From contig NC_043002.1 of assembly GCF_006345805.1 (NCBI RefSeq), positions 95,480,001 through 95,544,000 on the forward strand: DNA of 64,000 nucleotides. The letters run 5' to 3'. Made by a program: the position numbers and the translations under genes. Within the stretch, counting starts at the first letter, position 1, and each line of letters starts with the position of its first letter. Source of the stretch: Octopus sinensis (Eukaryota). This document shows, piece by piece, positions 25,791-38,318 of this stretch. The notes under the pieces are model-generated. The model was not told the DNA's origin. It saw nothing but the letters and a program-made list of their open reading frames with translations, and did not search any database.

Positions 25791-26324
25791 GAAATTATAT
25801 CCTTATGGATAAACGAATACACTGGAACAGTCTCTTCTAGTGGTTCCATATTTTTTGGAATTAATCTCAAAAGGCAGTCTGCATGACCAATTTTTTAGAT
25901 GGAATGTATTGCATTTTGAAATTATGATAGAGGCGAGAGAGTGAGAGTGATGGATTATGAAAAAGAGGGATCAACACATCGCCATTGATCAATTGACAAT
26001 AATAGCGAACAGCCTGATGAAATATCTCACAGAATTTATTTCTAACCCTACTTCTTATCTGAGGTCAAATCCTGCTCAAACCAACTTTACCATTCATTCC
26101 TCCAGCATCAATATAACAATTATCAATAATATTCAGCAGTCAATTTGGATTGGATTGCCTATGTTCAGTCCACTGCTGGACAAAGGTCTCTGTATGTTCT
26201 CTCCACCAACCACAGTCCGATATGGAGGCTGTGAATTTGAGCTTGAGATCATACAGGTTTGATGGGCCTACTCTACCACACTGGCTCAATATGGCTTGGC
26301 AGAGGTGTGCAGTTTTTTTGTTTT

Positions 26325-26497
26325 ACTCTTACGCAGTAGTTAAATCAATCACATCAACCCCAGTGCTCAAATGGTACTTATTTTATCGACCCCCAAGAGG
26401 ATGAAAGTTGATTTCAGCAGAATTTGAACTCAGAACATAGGGACAAATGAAATACTGATAAGCATTTCACTCAGCATGCTAACAATTCTGCCAGCAG
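26325..26497 (-). mobile_element. Older SINE B-like copy
   Basis: CAACCCCAG...GGTACTTATTTTATCGACCCC..AGGATGAAAG...GAATTTGAACTCAGAAC. Similar copies at ~19810-19975, 20555-20745, 31150-31352 and 47030-47160. Confidence 0.75.
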
Positions 26498-26936
26498 TTA
26501 ATTTACTCAAAAAAATGTCTTCCATACAATACTGGGAATGTAGATGAACAAATTATATTATTAAAATGTTTTATATCTTTCTGCTAATGAAGCTCCTTGC
26601 TGATGGTACCAGCATTTTTTCAACCAGAATTTAAAACACACATATGAGAGTCCACTATAAAAGTTGACGAGACACTCTCATTAAAATCATCAATTTTAAT
26701 TGCAGAGCATCATTTGTATTTTAAATTTGGTTTGAAAAGAATGCCAATCTTTATCAGCAGGATACCAAACAGTAACAAAAATTATATGACAGGTTTCCAC
26801 ACTCTTACGGTTTTCATCTACTAAATTCACTCACAAGGCATTAATCAACCCAGGGTTACAGAAGAGGACATTTGCCCAAGGTGCTGCACAATGGATTTTA
26901 AATCAAAACAATGAAGTTGTAAATTGAGCTTCTTAA

Positions 26937-27158
26937 CCCTTTCGTTACTGTATTTATTTTGAGATGCTCTGTTTCTTTCAATTACTTTAGATATAACAAA
27001 GAATTTAGTAAAGTAAGTGTTAAGCTATCATTAAGCTAGTGTTAAGAACATAAATTGTGATTAAGGTTTTGCGGAAGACTTTAATTCAAAACTTATGAGA
27101 ACATGACATTTGTATTACAAAGCCAGAGCAGGTTTCAGCCGGGTTGGTAACGAAAGGG
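26937..27158. mobile_element. piggyBac-type MITE family P2
   Basis: TTAA|CCCTTTCGTTAC...GTAACGAAAGGG|TTAA: perfect 12-bp TIR. Confidence 0.92.
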
Positions 27159-27853
27159 TTAAGCATAGAGCCATACTTGTGCCTAACCACACCTACTTCA
27201 AATTAACCTGTATTTGAATGTTAGAAACACATGTCAATGTATCTAAGACAAAGGACAAAAACTATTTCTCTCTCCCTAACAAACACACCAGGAAATTCAT
27301 TTTTCAATAGCATACAAACTTAAAATAAAAAGAATTTCATGCATTACTAATAAAACCTACTTTGCTGATGCTGATTACAACAAGTGATCATTAGATTCAG
27401 GTTTTTTAACTGGTTCAATAAATGTACATATATTTCCATCAGCATTGATCTAGACCATGTCTAATTTGGAACACACTTTTATGAAGTAACTGTCAATACT
27501 ATTTAGTGATAGAGCAGCTATAACATCCGGCAATATTTGTGTGACTGTTGTTAATTAGCATTGATCAAACCTTACATCATATTTTCATTTACAGTGTGTC
27601 TAGATCATTTGAAAATCTATATCCATTGCAGCAACCACAAAGAGGTGTTACAAAAAATTTAAGGAAAAAGAAGAAGAGTAAAGACAAGCAACAACCAATG
27701 AGTGTGTTATACACTTGAACAATATAATACTGAAAAACTTACCATAGCACCTAACAAAACTCATTAAGACCCTATATACACATCAGTATTATCATTAATA
27801 TTCTGAATATAGAAGAAATGGGAGGAATAGGAAGAAATAAATATATAATTTAA

Positions 27854-28072
27854 CCCTTTCATTACTGTATTTATTTGAGATGCTCCGTGTTTCTTTCAAT
27901 TAATTTTAAATCTAACAAAAGATTTAGTAAAATAACTTAGTTATCATTCAGCTAGTTAGGAACATTAATTGTGACAAAAATTTGGTGGAAGATTTTAATT
28001 TAAAACTTATGTAAACTAGACATTTGTACTACAGAGCCAGAGTTGGTTTCAGCCGGGTTGGTAATGAAAGGG
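27854..28072. mobile_element. piggyBac-type MITE family P2
   Basis: TTAA|CCCTTTCATTAC...GTAATGAAAGGG|TTAA; collinear with 26937-27158. Confidence 0.92.
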
Positions 28073-28102
28073 TTAAGTAAAGCACAAGTTTTATTCACTT
28101 AA

Positions 28103-28326
28103 CCCTTTAACATTTAAACCAGCTGTATCTAGCTCAAATATTCAACCTGTTTTATGTTCAAACCAGCCAGATGCATCCTCTCACACCTACCTTACAATGC
28201 CATTCTAAAACTAAACAATAGTATCATTGAAATATTGATGCTATGAGATCATAAATACATGAAGAATTCAAAACATGGTGAACATATAAGTATTATATTT
28301 GACAGAGTGATCTAAATGCTAAAGGG
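28103..28326. mobile_element. piggyBac-type MITE family P1
   Basis: TTAA|CCCTTTAACATTTA...TAAATGCTAAAGGG|TTAA. Confidence 0.9.
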
Positions 28327-28352
28327 TTAATAGAATACATATACTATAAATG

Positions 28353-28674
28353 TTTTTATTTATTTACGTGCCCTTTACAAGCCTAGCCAGGCTCATGGGC
28401 CTGGTTTCCCAGTTTCTATGGCATCTGTGCCTCCCCCCCCCCAGCTGGACGGGATGCCAGTCCATTGCAGCGTTACTCAAGAAACAAGAAGAAAGAGTGA
28501 GAGAAAGTTAGGGCGGAAGAGTACAACAGGGGTCGTCACCACCCCCTGCCAGAGCCTCGTGGAGCTTTTAGGTGTTTTTGCTCAATAAACACACACAACG
28601 CCCAGTCTGAGAATCGAAACCGCGATCCTCCGACCATGAGTCCGCTGCCCTAACCACTGGGCCATTGCGCCTCC
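28353..28674 (-). mobile_element. SINE family C (tail type 2)
   Basis: Family C head and body, then AGTAACGCTGCAATGGACTGGCATCCCGTCCAGCTGG...AAAGGGCACGTAAATAAATAAAA. Confidence 0.88.
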
Positions 28675-29259
28675 ATACTATAAATGTAGTAAAATAAAAT
28701 GCTGTACTTTGAAAAGTAATGATCCATTTTAGAAACAGTAGAAATATACTTTGTTTTAATGACAATTAACACAAATTAGTACAAATTCTCTTGACTCTAA
28801 ATTAACTACACATTTTCTTTTTCTTTTCTTCCTTGGTCTGGGTGCCAATTACTCAAGAGTTCCACTTATTTGAGCACAGGCTAAGAGATAGTTTACTGTA
28901 TGACTCTTACAAAATATAATAATATGCATCCAAAATGCTCTTCCGTTTTAAAATGGTAAAAATGTGATTGGAGGAAAATCTGGCTGTTATTTCTAATAGC
29001 CCAAACAACTGCTTAGAGGTTAGAAGCTTTCTTGTTGACTTCAGACTTATTTGAAGAAGTAAAATCCAGAATCAGCTGGAGAAATTGGTGATGGTCTGTG
29101 TTAGTAATTAGTCTATAAAGGCATTTGAGAAGTTCAGTTCCCTTGAGGTGTGAAGAATCTAACTTACTGAACTCTTCTTTGAACTCTAGGATTCCATAAA
29201 AACAGACACAGAGTCACTATTTCTAGTTTATAGTGGAAGGACATTGATAGTGGAAATGA

Positions 29260-29482
29260 TTGGCAGTGGTGGAGGTGGTGTGGTGGTGTATGATATTGGT
29301 GATAGCAGATGAGAGAAGTGGTAGGTGAAGGTGGTGGTGGCGGTAGTGGTGGCAGATAATAGCTTTGATGAGAGTAGTGGAGATGGTAGTGACAGTGTTG
29401 ATGGTGATGGCAATGGCAAATGTGATGGTAGAAATGATGGCAGTGATGATGATGATGATGACAGCTACAATGATGATGATGA
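29260..29482. repeat. Degenerate (GGT/GAT/GGC)n low-complexity tract
   Basis: Directly visible; it produces the His/Pro/Asp-rich ORFs in the track. Confidence 0.85.
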
Positions 29483-29726
29483 GGATTGTAACTCCAGTGG
29501 TAGACATAACCAGTATGATCTTTCTTAGACTCCAGACAATTCTGGCTCAGCAGACTTTCAATAAACGACATTCAAACAAATGACCATCTCATCTTCTTTC
29601 AGGCATTGAGTACCTAGGCCCACATCATACAGTTTGTCCTTCTCTTTTCAAGATGGTAATGTGTATTTCAATGGCGATTTATCTATTGACAACATAGAGA
29701 CTACCTAGTTACTTCTATTGCTGTTG

Positions 29727-29939
29727 TTACTCTTTTACTCTTTTACTTGTTTCAGTCATTTGACTGTGGTCATGCTGGAGCACCGCCTTTAGTCAAGCAA
29801 ATCGACACCCAGGACTTATTCTTTGTAAGCCTAGTACTTATTCTATCGGTCTCTTTTGCCGAACCGCTAAGTTACAGTGACGTAAACACACCAGCATCGG
29901 TTGTCAAGCGATGTTGTCGGGGACAGACACAGACACACA

Positions 29940-30001
<62 letters not shown>

Positions 30002-30167
30002 TACAACGGGCTTCTTTCAGTTTTCCGTCTATCAAATCCACTCACAAGACTTTGGTTGGCCTGAGGCTACAGTAGAAGACACTTGCCCAAGGTGCCACAC
30101 AGTGGAACTGAACCCAGAACCATGTGGTTGGTAAGCAAGCTACTTACCACACAGCCACTCCTATGCC
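29727..30167 (-). mobile_element. SINE family A, full length
   Basis: Tail (TACTCTTT)n, 3' stem-loop, body, (TA)n and head are all present. Confidence 0.92.
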
Positions 30168-30584
30168 TATGTTGTTGTCATTTAGCACTTGATCAGCCCC
30201 AATTGAGCAGACTTTGTTCAAAAGTATTCCTGCCTTGACCATTCCATCGATTTTCATTGTTTATTTTTTAATTGATTCCAACAAAGTATCTAAGACAGTA
30301 ATAAACAAATTAGTTACTTAGAAAATCTCTATAAGTGATGAAAGTGGTAACTATATATTGAGATGTAATGTTTATCACCACTTAAACATGGCTGTTCTGT
30401 AGGAACTGACATTACTGCTATTTTTAACCCCAAGAGGACAGTTCCTCCAGCTGGTTATTCAATGCAATCCTCATCCGATATATATGGCAAGCAGGGGAGT
30501 GAACCCCTATCATCTTCCAGCCATGTGACAACCAGTGACTACATGAAGGTCTCTTCAGTGGCTAAGTCTCTTACTTCATTTTTT

Positions 30585-30898
30585 ATTTTTATTTATGAGC
30601 CCTTCTCAAGCTTAGCCAGGCTCAAAGGCCCGGTTTCCCGGTTTCTGTGGCATATGTGTTCCCCCCAGCTGGACAGGACACCAGTCCATCGCAGCGTTAC
30701 TCAAGAAACAGGTAGGGAGAGTGAGAGAAAGTCGGGGCAAAAGAGTACAACAGGGGTTGCCACCACCCTCTGCCGGAGCCTCGTGGTGCTTTTAGGTGTT
30801 TTCGCTCAATAAATACATACAACGCTCAGTCTGGGAATTGAATCCGCGATCCTCCGACCGCAAGTCCACTGCCCTAACCACTGGGCTATTGCGCCTCC
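30585..30898 (-). mobile_element. SINE family C (tail type 2)
   Basis: Collinear with 28353-28674. Confidence 0.88.
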
Positions 30899-30904
30899 AC
30901 AACA

Positions 30905-31136
30905 AACGCGCCCTTTTTAAAGCTCATGGGCCCGGTTTCTATGGTGTATGTGTTCCCCAGCTGGACGGGATGTCAATCCATCACAGTGTTACTCATTTTT
31001 GCTAGCTGATGGACTGGAGCAACGTGAAATGAAATGTTTTGCTCAAGAACACAGCGCGTCGCCCAGTCCAGGAATCAAAACCACAATCTTACGATCATGA
31101 TGCTGACACCCTAACCACTAAGCCATGCGCCTCCAC
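30905..31136 (-). mobile_element. SINE family D with type-2 tail
   Basis: Head GGAGGCGCATGGCTTAGTGGTTAGGGTG...GGTTTTGATTCCTGG; the 3' part GATGGATTGACATCCCGTCCAGCTGGGG is shared with family C. Confidence 0.8.
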
Positions 31137-32750
31137 CTCTTACTTCATACTGAGTTCAAATTTTGACACAAGGCCAGCAATTTTGTGGGGAGGGATAAGT
31201 CAAGTACATTGATCCCACCCCCAGGCTCAACTGGTACTTATTTTTTGACTTCAAAAAAATGTAAGGCAAAGTCAACCTTGGTGGAATTTGAACTCAAAAC
31301 ATAAAGGCAGACAAACATTTTGCCAAGTGTGCTAACGATTATGCCCGCTCGCTGATTTTGTCTGTTATTTCACAGTGAGAGTAACAATGGTTGTAAACTT
31401 ATCCAACAAGAATGAATACAGTTCATTTCAGTCCAGATAAGACTCAAAGTGTTTTCCTTGCAAACTCAGTTTGCAGGCAGAGGAAGGTTTTGTCAAGGCC
31501 CCATTCAAAATAGACACCAGCAAATGACAAATACACCATACAACTTTTCAGCTGTACACACACACACAAATATACATGCAAACACACACACAGACACACA
31601 TATGCATGCATGCGCACACACACACAAACACACATTCTATCATAACTATATCTAGATGAGTCAGAGATGAAGCAGCAGTTGAATGTGTTGAGGTCTGAAG
31701 AAGAAATTTGGGCATGTATAATGGATAAAAACAGAAAAACATGGTGTTAGTTGCATATATATATGTGGGTGAATTCCCTTGCTGAGCAATAGAACATCTG
31801 TTATCTCTACTAATGGTCCACTGGTGGAACTGATGGAATCTCACATCTGTTTCAATGTAAGAGTGTCAAATTCATCACTGCTATACTGCTTTCATATACC
31901 CATATCTGCCCACAAAGCTTGGAATTTGATGCTGTGGAAAATACATTTGACTAAAATGCCATCCAGTAGGTTTTAACGCAAGACGTCATGTTTGCAAAAC
32001 AGACTTCTTAACCCCTCAATCATGCCTACATCCTCACTGATAAAATTAACAAAGGAGCAGAAGGACAAGTTAAGTAGGATGAGGCCTTTGTACAAGTTAG
32101 TAGAGGATAGTCATATTGTCATTTAGCTGAACACATCAATGAATATAAAATACAATTGTGTGCATGATAGCTATGCACTTCAAAGTGCAAGATATAAAAA
32201 TCGATCATTGATTCTGGATTTCTATGGTACAAATAATCTTATCAATTTCTGAGCACTCTGATTTATCAACCAAATCTTTAAAGTAGCTGAGAGAGTTGTA
32301 GAAGAGTTAGTGTGTAGGACAGTGCTAACTTTGTTAAGATGCAATTTTGGTCTGTTCAAAAATGTGGAACCACTGAGACAATGTATCTAGTTTGATAATT
32401 GAAAGAGATGGTCTAAGATAATGATATACTGTACTTTTCAATTTAGAGAAGGCTTCAACCAAGTCCCATCCCTATGCTCTGGTGGAAGTCTTAAAAGATT
32501 AATTTAGAATGCATGGATTTGTGAGAATTATTGAATTATGCAAGTAAACAGTGATGTACCATTTATATAGCTTATACAAATATTGACTCATTTCCAACAA
32601 AAAGAAAATAATTACAAAGAATTAAAAAAAAAAACTGTACGCATGTACATATACATATACATGCGTGAGTATGTGTTTATGTTTATGTGTGTATGATAAC
32701 TGCATTGAAATCTATTCTGAGGAATCTAATAGCTAGGATTTTTACAGAAA

Positions 32751-33146
32751 TCTTTATATATAAAAGTCAAGTTGTGTGTCTGTCTCCTATGATTTAGATT
32801 CCTAACTACTCCCACATCTTGCGGTGCAGTTTAACCAAAACCGGGTATCATAGTTGTGATTCATATCGAGCCCTTCTGGGTATTAGCGTGCGTCTACGAT
32901 GAGTCTACGATTTTAGAAAAATTTTACCATCATTTTTTTCCATTTTAATGCATTTTTTCGCTATTATATAAGGGAAGTAACTCTCTAAAAATGTCTACGA
33001 TGAGTCAACAATTTAAAAAAAGATTTACCATCATTTTTTTTCCATTTTTAATGCATTTTTTTGCTATTTTTTAGCTATAACTCTCTAAAAATGCTTATAT
33101 AGTTATTTCCCTTACAAACCCGAGCAACGCCAGGCGATACTGCTAG
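32751..33146 (+). mobile_element. Non-autonomous Helitron, copy 1
   Basis: A|TCTTTATATATAAAAG 5' end, subterminal hairpin CCCGAGCAACGCCAGG, and ...CTAG|T 3' end. A-T insertion site, no TSD, internal ~105-bp tandem duplication. Confidence 0.9.
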
Positions 33147-34129
33147 TGCTTTATGAAGGAAATACTAAAGTGTTTTCTTGTTTCCTTGTCCAAGCCTACA
33201 AGGAGTTTTAAACTGAACGCTACAAGATAACAAAAACCCTCTTTGATTTATTGGTCCATTGATTTTACTGCAGAGTATTACCAACCCATGGTGACAGCTA
33301 GCATAAATTAAATCTGTTGGTCATAGATACGAAACATCTCCAGCAACATTACACAAATCATCGACATTTGGCTGATAGTGCAACGTTGTGTTTACTCAGC
33401 CAGCAGTTACCACACGCACACACACACACATACACACACACACACACACAAAACACCACACATAGTGCTTGACATTAACACAGAAACACAAGCTTACTTA
33501 TCATATTTAAGTACTTGATATCTGAATAAAGTTGTACCAATCAATTTACAACTCACAAATCAGTAAGTAATATGATGTGTGTGTGTGTGTGTGTGTGTGT
33601 AAGCAAGGTAATCTGTAGTATTCTATATACTTATTAAAAGATAGTCTTTCATTAGAAATAGTTTATTTTTCTTACAATCTTCATAAATAAGATGAGGAAG
33701 TTATCATCAATGACTATGAGTTATTATTTTTTTCCTCATTTTGTTTTAACAGTGAAGTGAGAACGTGCTATAAAAATGTCTAAGTTCCAGTGATATACTG
33801 ACTATCAAATGAAGAAATGTTCACAGCTTAAATGTATTTAGAAAAAAAAAATTAATGGAGCATATTATTCATCGTCAACACTTTAACATCCATTTTTTTA
33901 ATGTCTGCATAGGTTGGATAGAGTTCGTTGTGACAGATTACCTATCGTAGGATACCTTTCTTAGCAACAATCCTTACGTATTCCAAACAAGGTAATACAG
34001 CCAGACTTGTTCACACAGAACACTGGAAATAGATTATACTGCTTTTTATGACAGTGACAATCATCTTACAATTATCATGTAATATCACAAAGAGACACAA
34101 GAAAATATTACAATGGAATAGTGGTTTAA

Positions 34130-34347
34130 TCATTTAGCATTTAAACCAGCCCTATCTTGCCCAAATATTCTGTTTTATGATCAAACTGTCCACATCCAGC
34201 TTCTCACACCTATCCTACAATGTCATTTTAAAAATAAACGATCACATGCTTGAACTTTCAAGGCTATGAGGTAATGCATGATTAATTCAAAACAATGTGA
34301 ATAAATATGCATTGCATTTGACAGAGTAATCTGAATATGCTAAAGGG
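34130..34347. mobile_element. piggyBac-type MITE family P1, degraded left end
   Basis: TTAA|TCATTTAGCATTTA...ATATGCTAAAGGG|TTAA. Confidence 0.8.
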
Positions 34348-34439
34348 TTAAATCTTCAGCAATCTCATGAAAATAACCTTGTGACTTAAATAGAGGGACT
34401 ACAGCTAGGAATGAAAGATTTTTATTTTAGCATCAAGTT

Positions 34440-35165
34440 TGCATTCAATTGTGCTGTGCTTTTCTTTCACATATCATGGAGATGTTCTCAGCTTTCCACC
34501 AAGTCCATCTCATAAGCCAGACAATCACACTCCTAACATATCTATGCTTTCCTGGGGACCACATTTTCTTCCCTTCCACCAATCATTCAGAGCACAACTT
34601 CAATACACCATCCTCTGCAACTTCTGCTTTCTACAGTCAGGTCCCATAATTAATCTAATCCCTCCTAAGCCTCCATATATCACCTTGATAAGGGATAAAA
34701 ATCTACATGGCCTTCTGCTCAAGAGTTCCCTTATCCCTAATCACTCCAAACTTGGAAATTCCAATTGTTCCCACCCCATTTGTCTTTATTTTACAAACCA
34801 CATTCATACTAGGCTCTAAATCCACTTCAACTACCTTCTTTAATCCAATGTACTGCATAGCATGTAACCTCTGCAACATATTGTATACAAGCAAGATTGG
34901 GCACTAGTTGGGTGACCCATTCTGTGGGTGACCTGGATGTTTGTCAGAATGTCCAGCAAGTCCTCAAATACATGAAGATCTAGCTAGTCCTCAGACATGT
35001 AGCCCAACACTAACATGTCCAGCAACTCTACTGACCACTTCTTTGTACACTGTGTTTTTCTACACAATGGCTTATATTATATAATGAAAAGGGGGTTCAT
35101 TTTCAACCTTGGAACCATCGCTCAAAAAGGAATTCAAGTATACATCAACTTCCAATTATACTTTT
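34440..35165 (+). pseudogene. Penelope-like element relic B (Neptune/Poseidon-type GIY-YIG)
   Basis: ILCNFCFLQSGP..LIPPKPPYITLIRDKNLHGLLLKSSL; FFNPMYCIACNLCNILYTSKIGH*LGDPF (consensus NVIYCIxCxxCxxLYIGETGRRLGDRF); FIFNLGTIAQKGI (consensus LIFxLGTLxPxGxN). Confidence 0.8.
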
Positions 35166-35450
35166 AAAATCTTTTAGGGAAGGTTTTTGACTACTAATTG
35201 CCTGGATAATCTCAGCTGGTTGAAGCTTTCCAGCTCAATATTTTGTGACCCTACCATACTTATTTTTCTTGTTATTCTACATTCCTCATTTCCCACTCAC
35301 CACAAATGTCATAGTCATTCAGATAATTATGCATATGTATGCTCTGTCTCTGTATAGTGTATATTTCACTCACTCTCTCCCCTCCCTCTCTCTGTCTATA
35401 TATATATATATCATATATATATATATATATTATATATATATATAATATAT

Positions 35451-35711
35451 GAGCGTCCAATAACACTATACTTGTTCCACATCCTCGCGTTGTTGTGTTT
35501 TCTCTTTGTATTTTCATGTTTGGATTAACTTTATATATATATATATCTGTAAGCACAAGTCTGTATATAAATATATATATATCTGTGTTGTACTCGTAAA
35601 TCTGTGTTATGCCTGTATATATATATATATGAGCGTCCAATAACACTATACTTGTTCCACATCCTCGTGTTGTTGTGTTTTCTTTCGTATTCTCATGTTT
35701 GGATTAACTTT
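35451..35711. repeat. Two 81-bp direct repeats (period 180) bounded by (TA)n
   Basis: GAGCGTCCAATAACACTATACTTGTTCCACATCCTCG...TTTGGATTAACTT at 35451 and 35631, about 4 mismatches. Confidence 0.9.
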
Positions 35712-35876
35712 ATATATATATATATATAGTAAAAGCAATTAAGATTCAAGTGAGTTCTGTTGAATTCACATGAATGTGGTACTTAACTTAGATGCACCAG
35801 AAATCTATATGGTGTTAACCATAAGATAATGCGGGGTGATTATAAATAAGAAAAAAGCAACAAGAATGGATCAATA

Positions 35877-35965
35877 TTTCGGTACAATTATTTCGTACGA
35901 AGACAGCTTTATTAAGGCTGCAAATATTGCAGTAAATATAAGTGACCCGTACTCATCAGCCGAAA
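35877..35965 (-). ncRNA. Type I hammerhead ribozyme motif (PLE-type, minimal stem III)
   Basis: Minus strand: UUUCGG-CUGAUGA-GUACG-(48 nt)-CGUAC-GAAA-UAAUUG-UA-CCGAAA. Perfect 6-bp stem I, intact core, perfect 5-bp stem II, GUA cleavage triplet. Confidence 0.85.
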
Positions 35966-36418
35966 AAACATCTGGGTTCTCCAAACATCTAAGGGGGTGG
36001 AGTTACACTCCTGAAACATCAGGGATAGTTCTATAAAAATAAGATTTAGGTAACAAACGGACTTCTAAAAGTTCTTTTAGTGTTGCACAGTCATATAACG
36101 GGTTTTTAAAAAATATTTTAAAAAACCTCTTATTTTCCCAGAAAATGAAAATGAAAATGAGAATGTAAATCCATCCATATTGAAGTAAGTTTGATTTCTG
36201 GAGATATGAGGAGAGGTATCATACTCACAGAAGATGCATTTATCCATAATTAGTCCATAATAAAGTGTGTTTCCTGATGTGTGGTGATATACTGGTTACA
36301 TTTCTGAGAATTTCTCCAAACTGCTATGTTAGAATTAAATTTGTTCAACAAATTTAATTCTAGCATAGCAGTTTGGAGAAATATGTACGTATGTATGTAT
36401 CTATATATATATTTATAA

Positions 36419-36620
36419 TAGTCATCATCATTTAATGCTAGTTTTCCATGTTGGCATGAGTTAGACGGTTTGAGAGGGCCTGGCAAGTTGGAGAGGTGCA
36501 CTGGGCTCCAATTTGTCTGTTTTGGCATGGTTTATGAAGTTGGATGACCTTCCTAATGTCAACCACTTTACAGAATGTACTGGGAGTTTTTACATGGTAC
36601 CAGCACCAGTGCTTTATATG
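36419..36620 (-). mobile_element. RTE 3' UTR/tail fragment
   Basis: (CAT)n TTTAATGC...CCATGTTGGCATG...GGATGACCTTCCTAATG. Confidence 0.8.
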
Positions 36621-37045
36621 TGATACCAGCACCAGTGCTCTATCTGTGGCACCAGCATGGGTGCTTACATTCTACTCTTCAAACCCTCAGAGTAGAGAAT
36701 GTATTCATGGTAAAAAAAAAAAAAAGGCAATAATAAGACTATAGCTAAAGCGTTAAAGTAAATTTATTTAGGCATATATATTCTTAATGATGACCAGAAG
36801 AAAATGACAAAGAAACCTCACAATAGAGGTTGTGAAATTAACTGGTGTCAGCAGAAAATTCAGGTGTAGAAAAAAAACCGGAAGATAGGGAATAAATCAA
36901 TTAAGGACATAAATGTGAGGAATGTTGCGAGATTTGGAGATAATTGCTGAAAGCATCAGATTTCACAGTAGAGGTAAATACCTAAAACATAGATTAGGAT
37001 GGTGGCATAATAGATGTGAGTTAAGTTCTGATAACTGTTGAAGCT

Positions 37046-37078
37046 GTGTTGTTGTTGTTTTTCTTTTTCTTCTTCTTC

Positions 37079-37170
<92 letters not shown>

Positions 37171-37178
37171 AAGAAGAA
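37046..37178. repeat. Compound (GTT)(CTT)(AAT)n(AAG)n microsatellite
   Basis: Directly visible. Confidence 0.95.
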
Positions 37179-37685
37179 CTAGGAACTGCTCATATCATAT
37201 GCAAAAAAAATTCTATGTAATCTCAAGGTTTAAAACAAACATTTTTTTTATTTATTTATTATTTTTATTTTTTAATTTTTTAGACATCCACTAGTACAAC
37301 ACAATAAACAACCAAATATATGGCACACTAGGCATAACAACAACGTGAACTTCCAACATGTTGTCTCTTGAGGTGTCCGGGTGAGGCTTGGAGCCAACTT
37401 GTACAAATATAAAGCAAAAGTCAAACATATAATAATAATAATAATAATAGTAATAATAATAATGATTTCTTTTTATTATCAACTTTTACAAAATTAAGAA
37501 TGTATTCGATGGAAGAAATTAGTCAATCCCTAAGTTATGGAAAGATCAAAAAGAACCAGACCAAAATTATTAGAATAAAGATAGATGCAAGCATGGCTTC
37601 TTTTATGATGACATGGTTTCACATTCCATCCTCCTGCAGAACATCTTGGACAAATGTTTCCTACTAAATCCTCAAGCTGACCAAT

Positions 37686-38318
37686 GGCGCAGGAGTGGCT
37701 GTGTGGTAAGTAGCTTGCTTACCAACCACATGGTTCCGGGTTCAGTCCCACTGCGTGGAACCTTGGGCAAGTGTCTTCTACTATAGCCTCAGGCCGACCA
37801 AAGCCTTGTGAGTGGATTTGGTAGACGGAAACTGAAAGAAGCCCGTCGTATTTATGTATGTATATATGTATGTGTGTGTATATGTTGTGTATCTGTGTTC
37901 GTCCCCCCAACATTGCTTGACAACCGATGCTGGTGTGTTTAGGTCTCCGTAACTTAGCGGTTCGGCAAAAGGAATTCTTTACTGCCCACAAGAGGCTAAA
38001 CATAGAGCGGACAAACAAGGACAAACAGATAAAGTCGATTACATCGATCCCAGTGCGAAACTGGTACTTTATTTATCGCCCCCGAAAGGATGAAAGGTAA
38101 AGTCGACCTCGGTGGAATTTGAACTCAGACCGTAACGACAGACGAAATACAGCTACGCATTTCGCCCGGCATGCTAACGTTTCTGAAAAGAGACCAATAG
38201 AATAAGTACTAGGCTTACAAAGGATAAGTCCTGGGGTCGATTTGATTCAACTAAAGGCAGTGCTCCAGCATGGCCACAGTCAAATGACTGAAACAAGTAA
38301 AAGAGTAAAAGAGTAAAA
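37686..38318 (+). mobile_element. SINE family A, full length, containing a nested SINE B
   Basis: Head GGCGCAGGAGTGGCTGTGTGG at 37686. The body breaks at GGCAAAAG and resumes AAAAGAGACC at 38186. Confidence 0.92.
37972..38185 (-). mobile_element. SINE family B nested in SINE A
   Basis: Collinear with 20128-20359; AAAAG is duplicated at 37967-37971 and 38186-38190. Confidence 0.9.
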
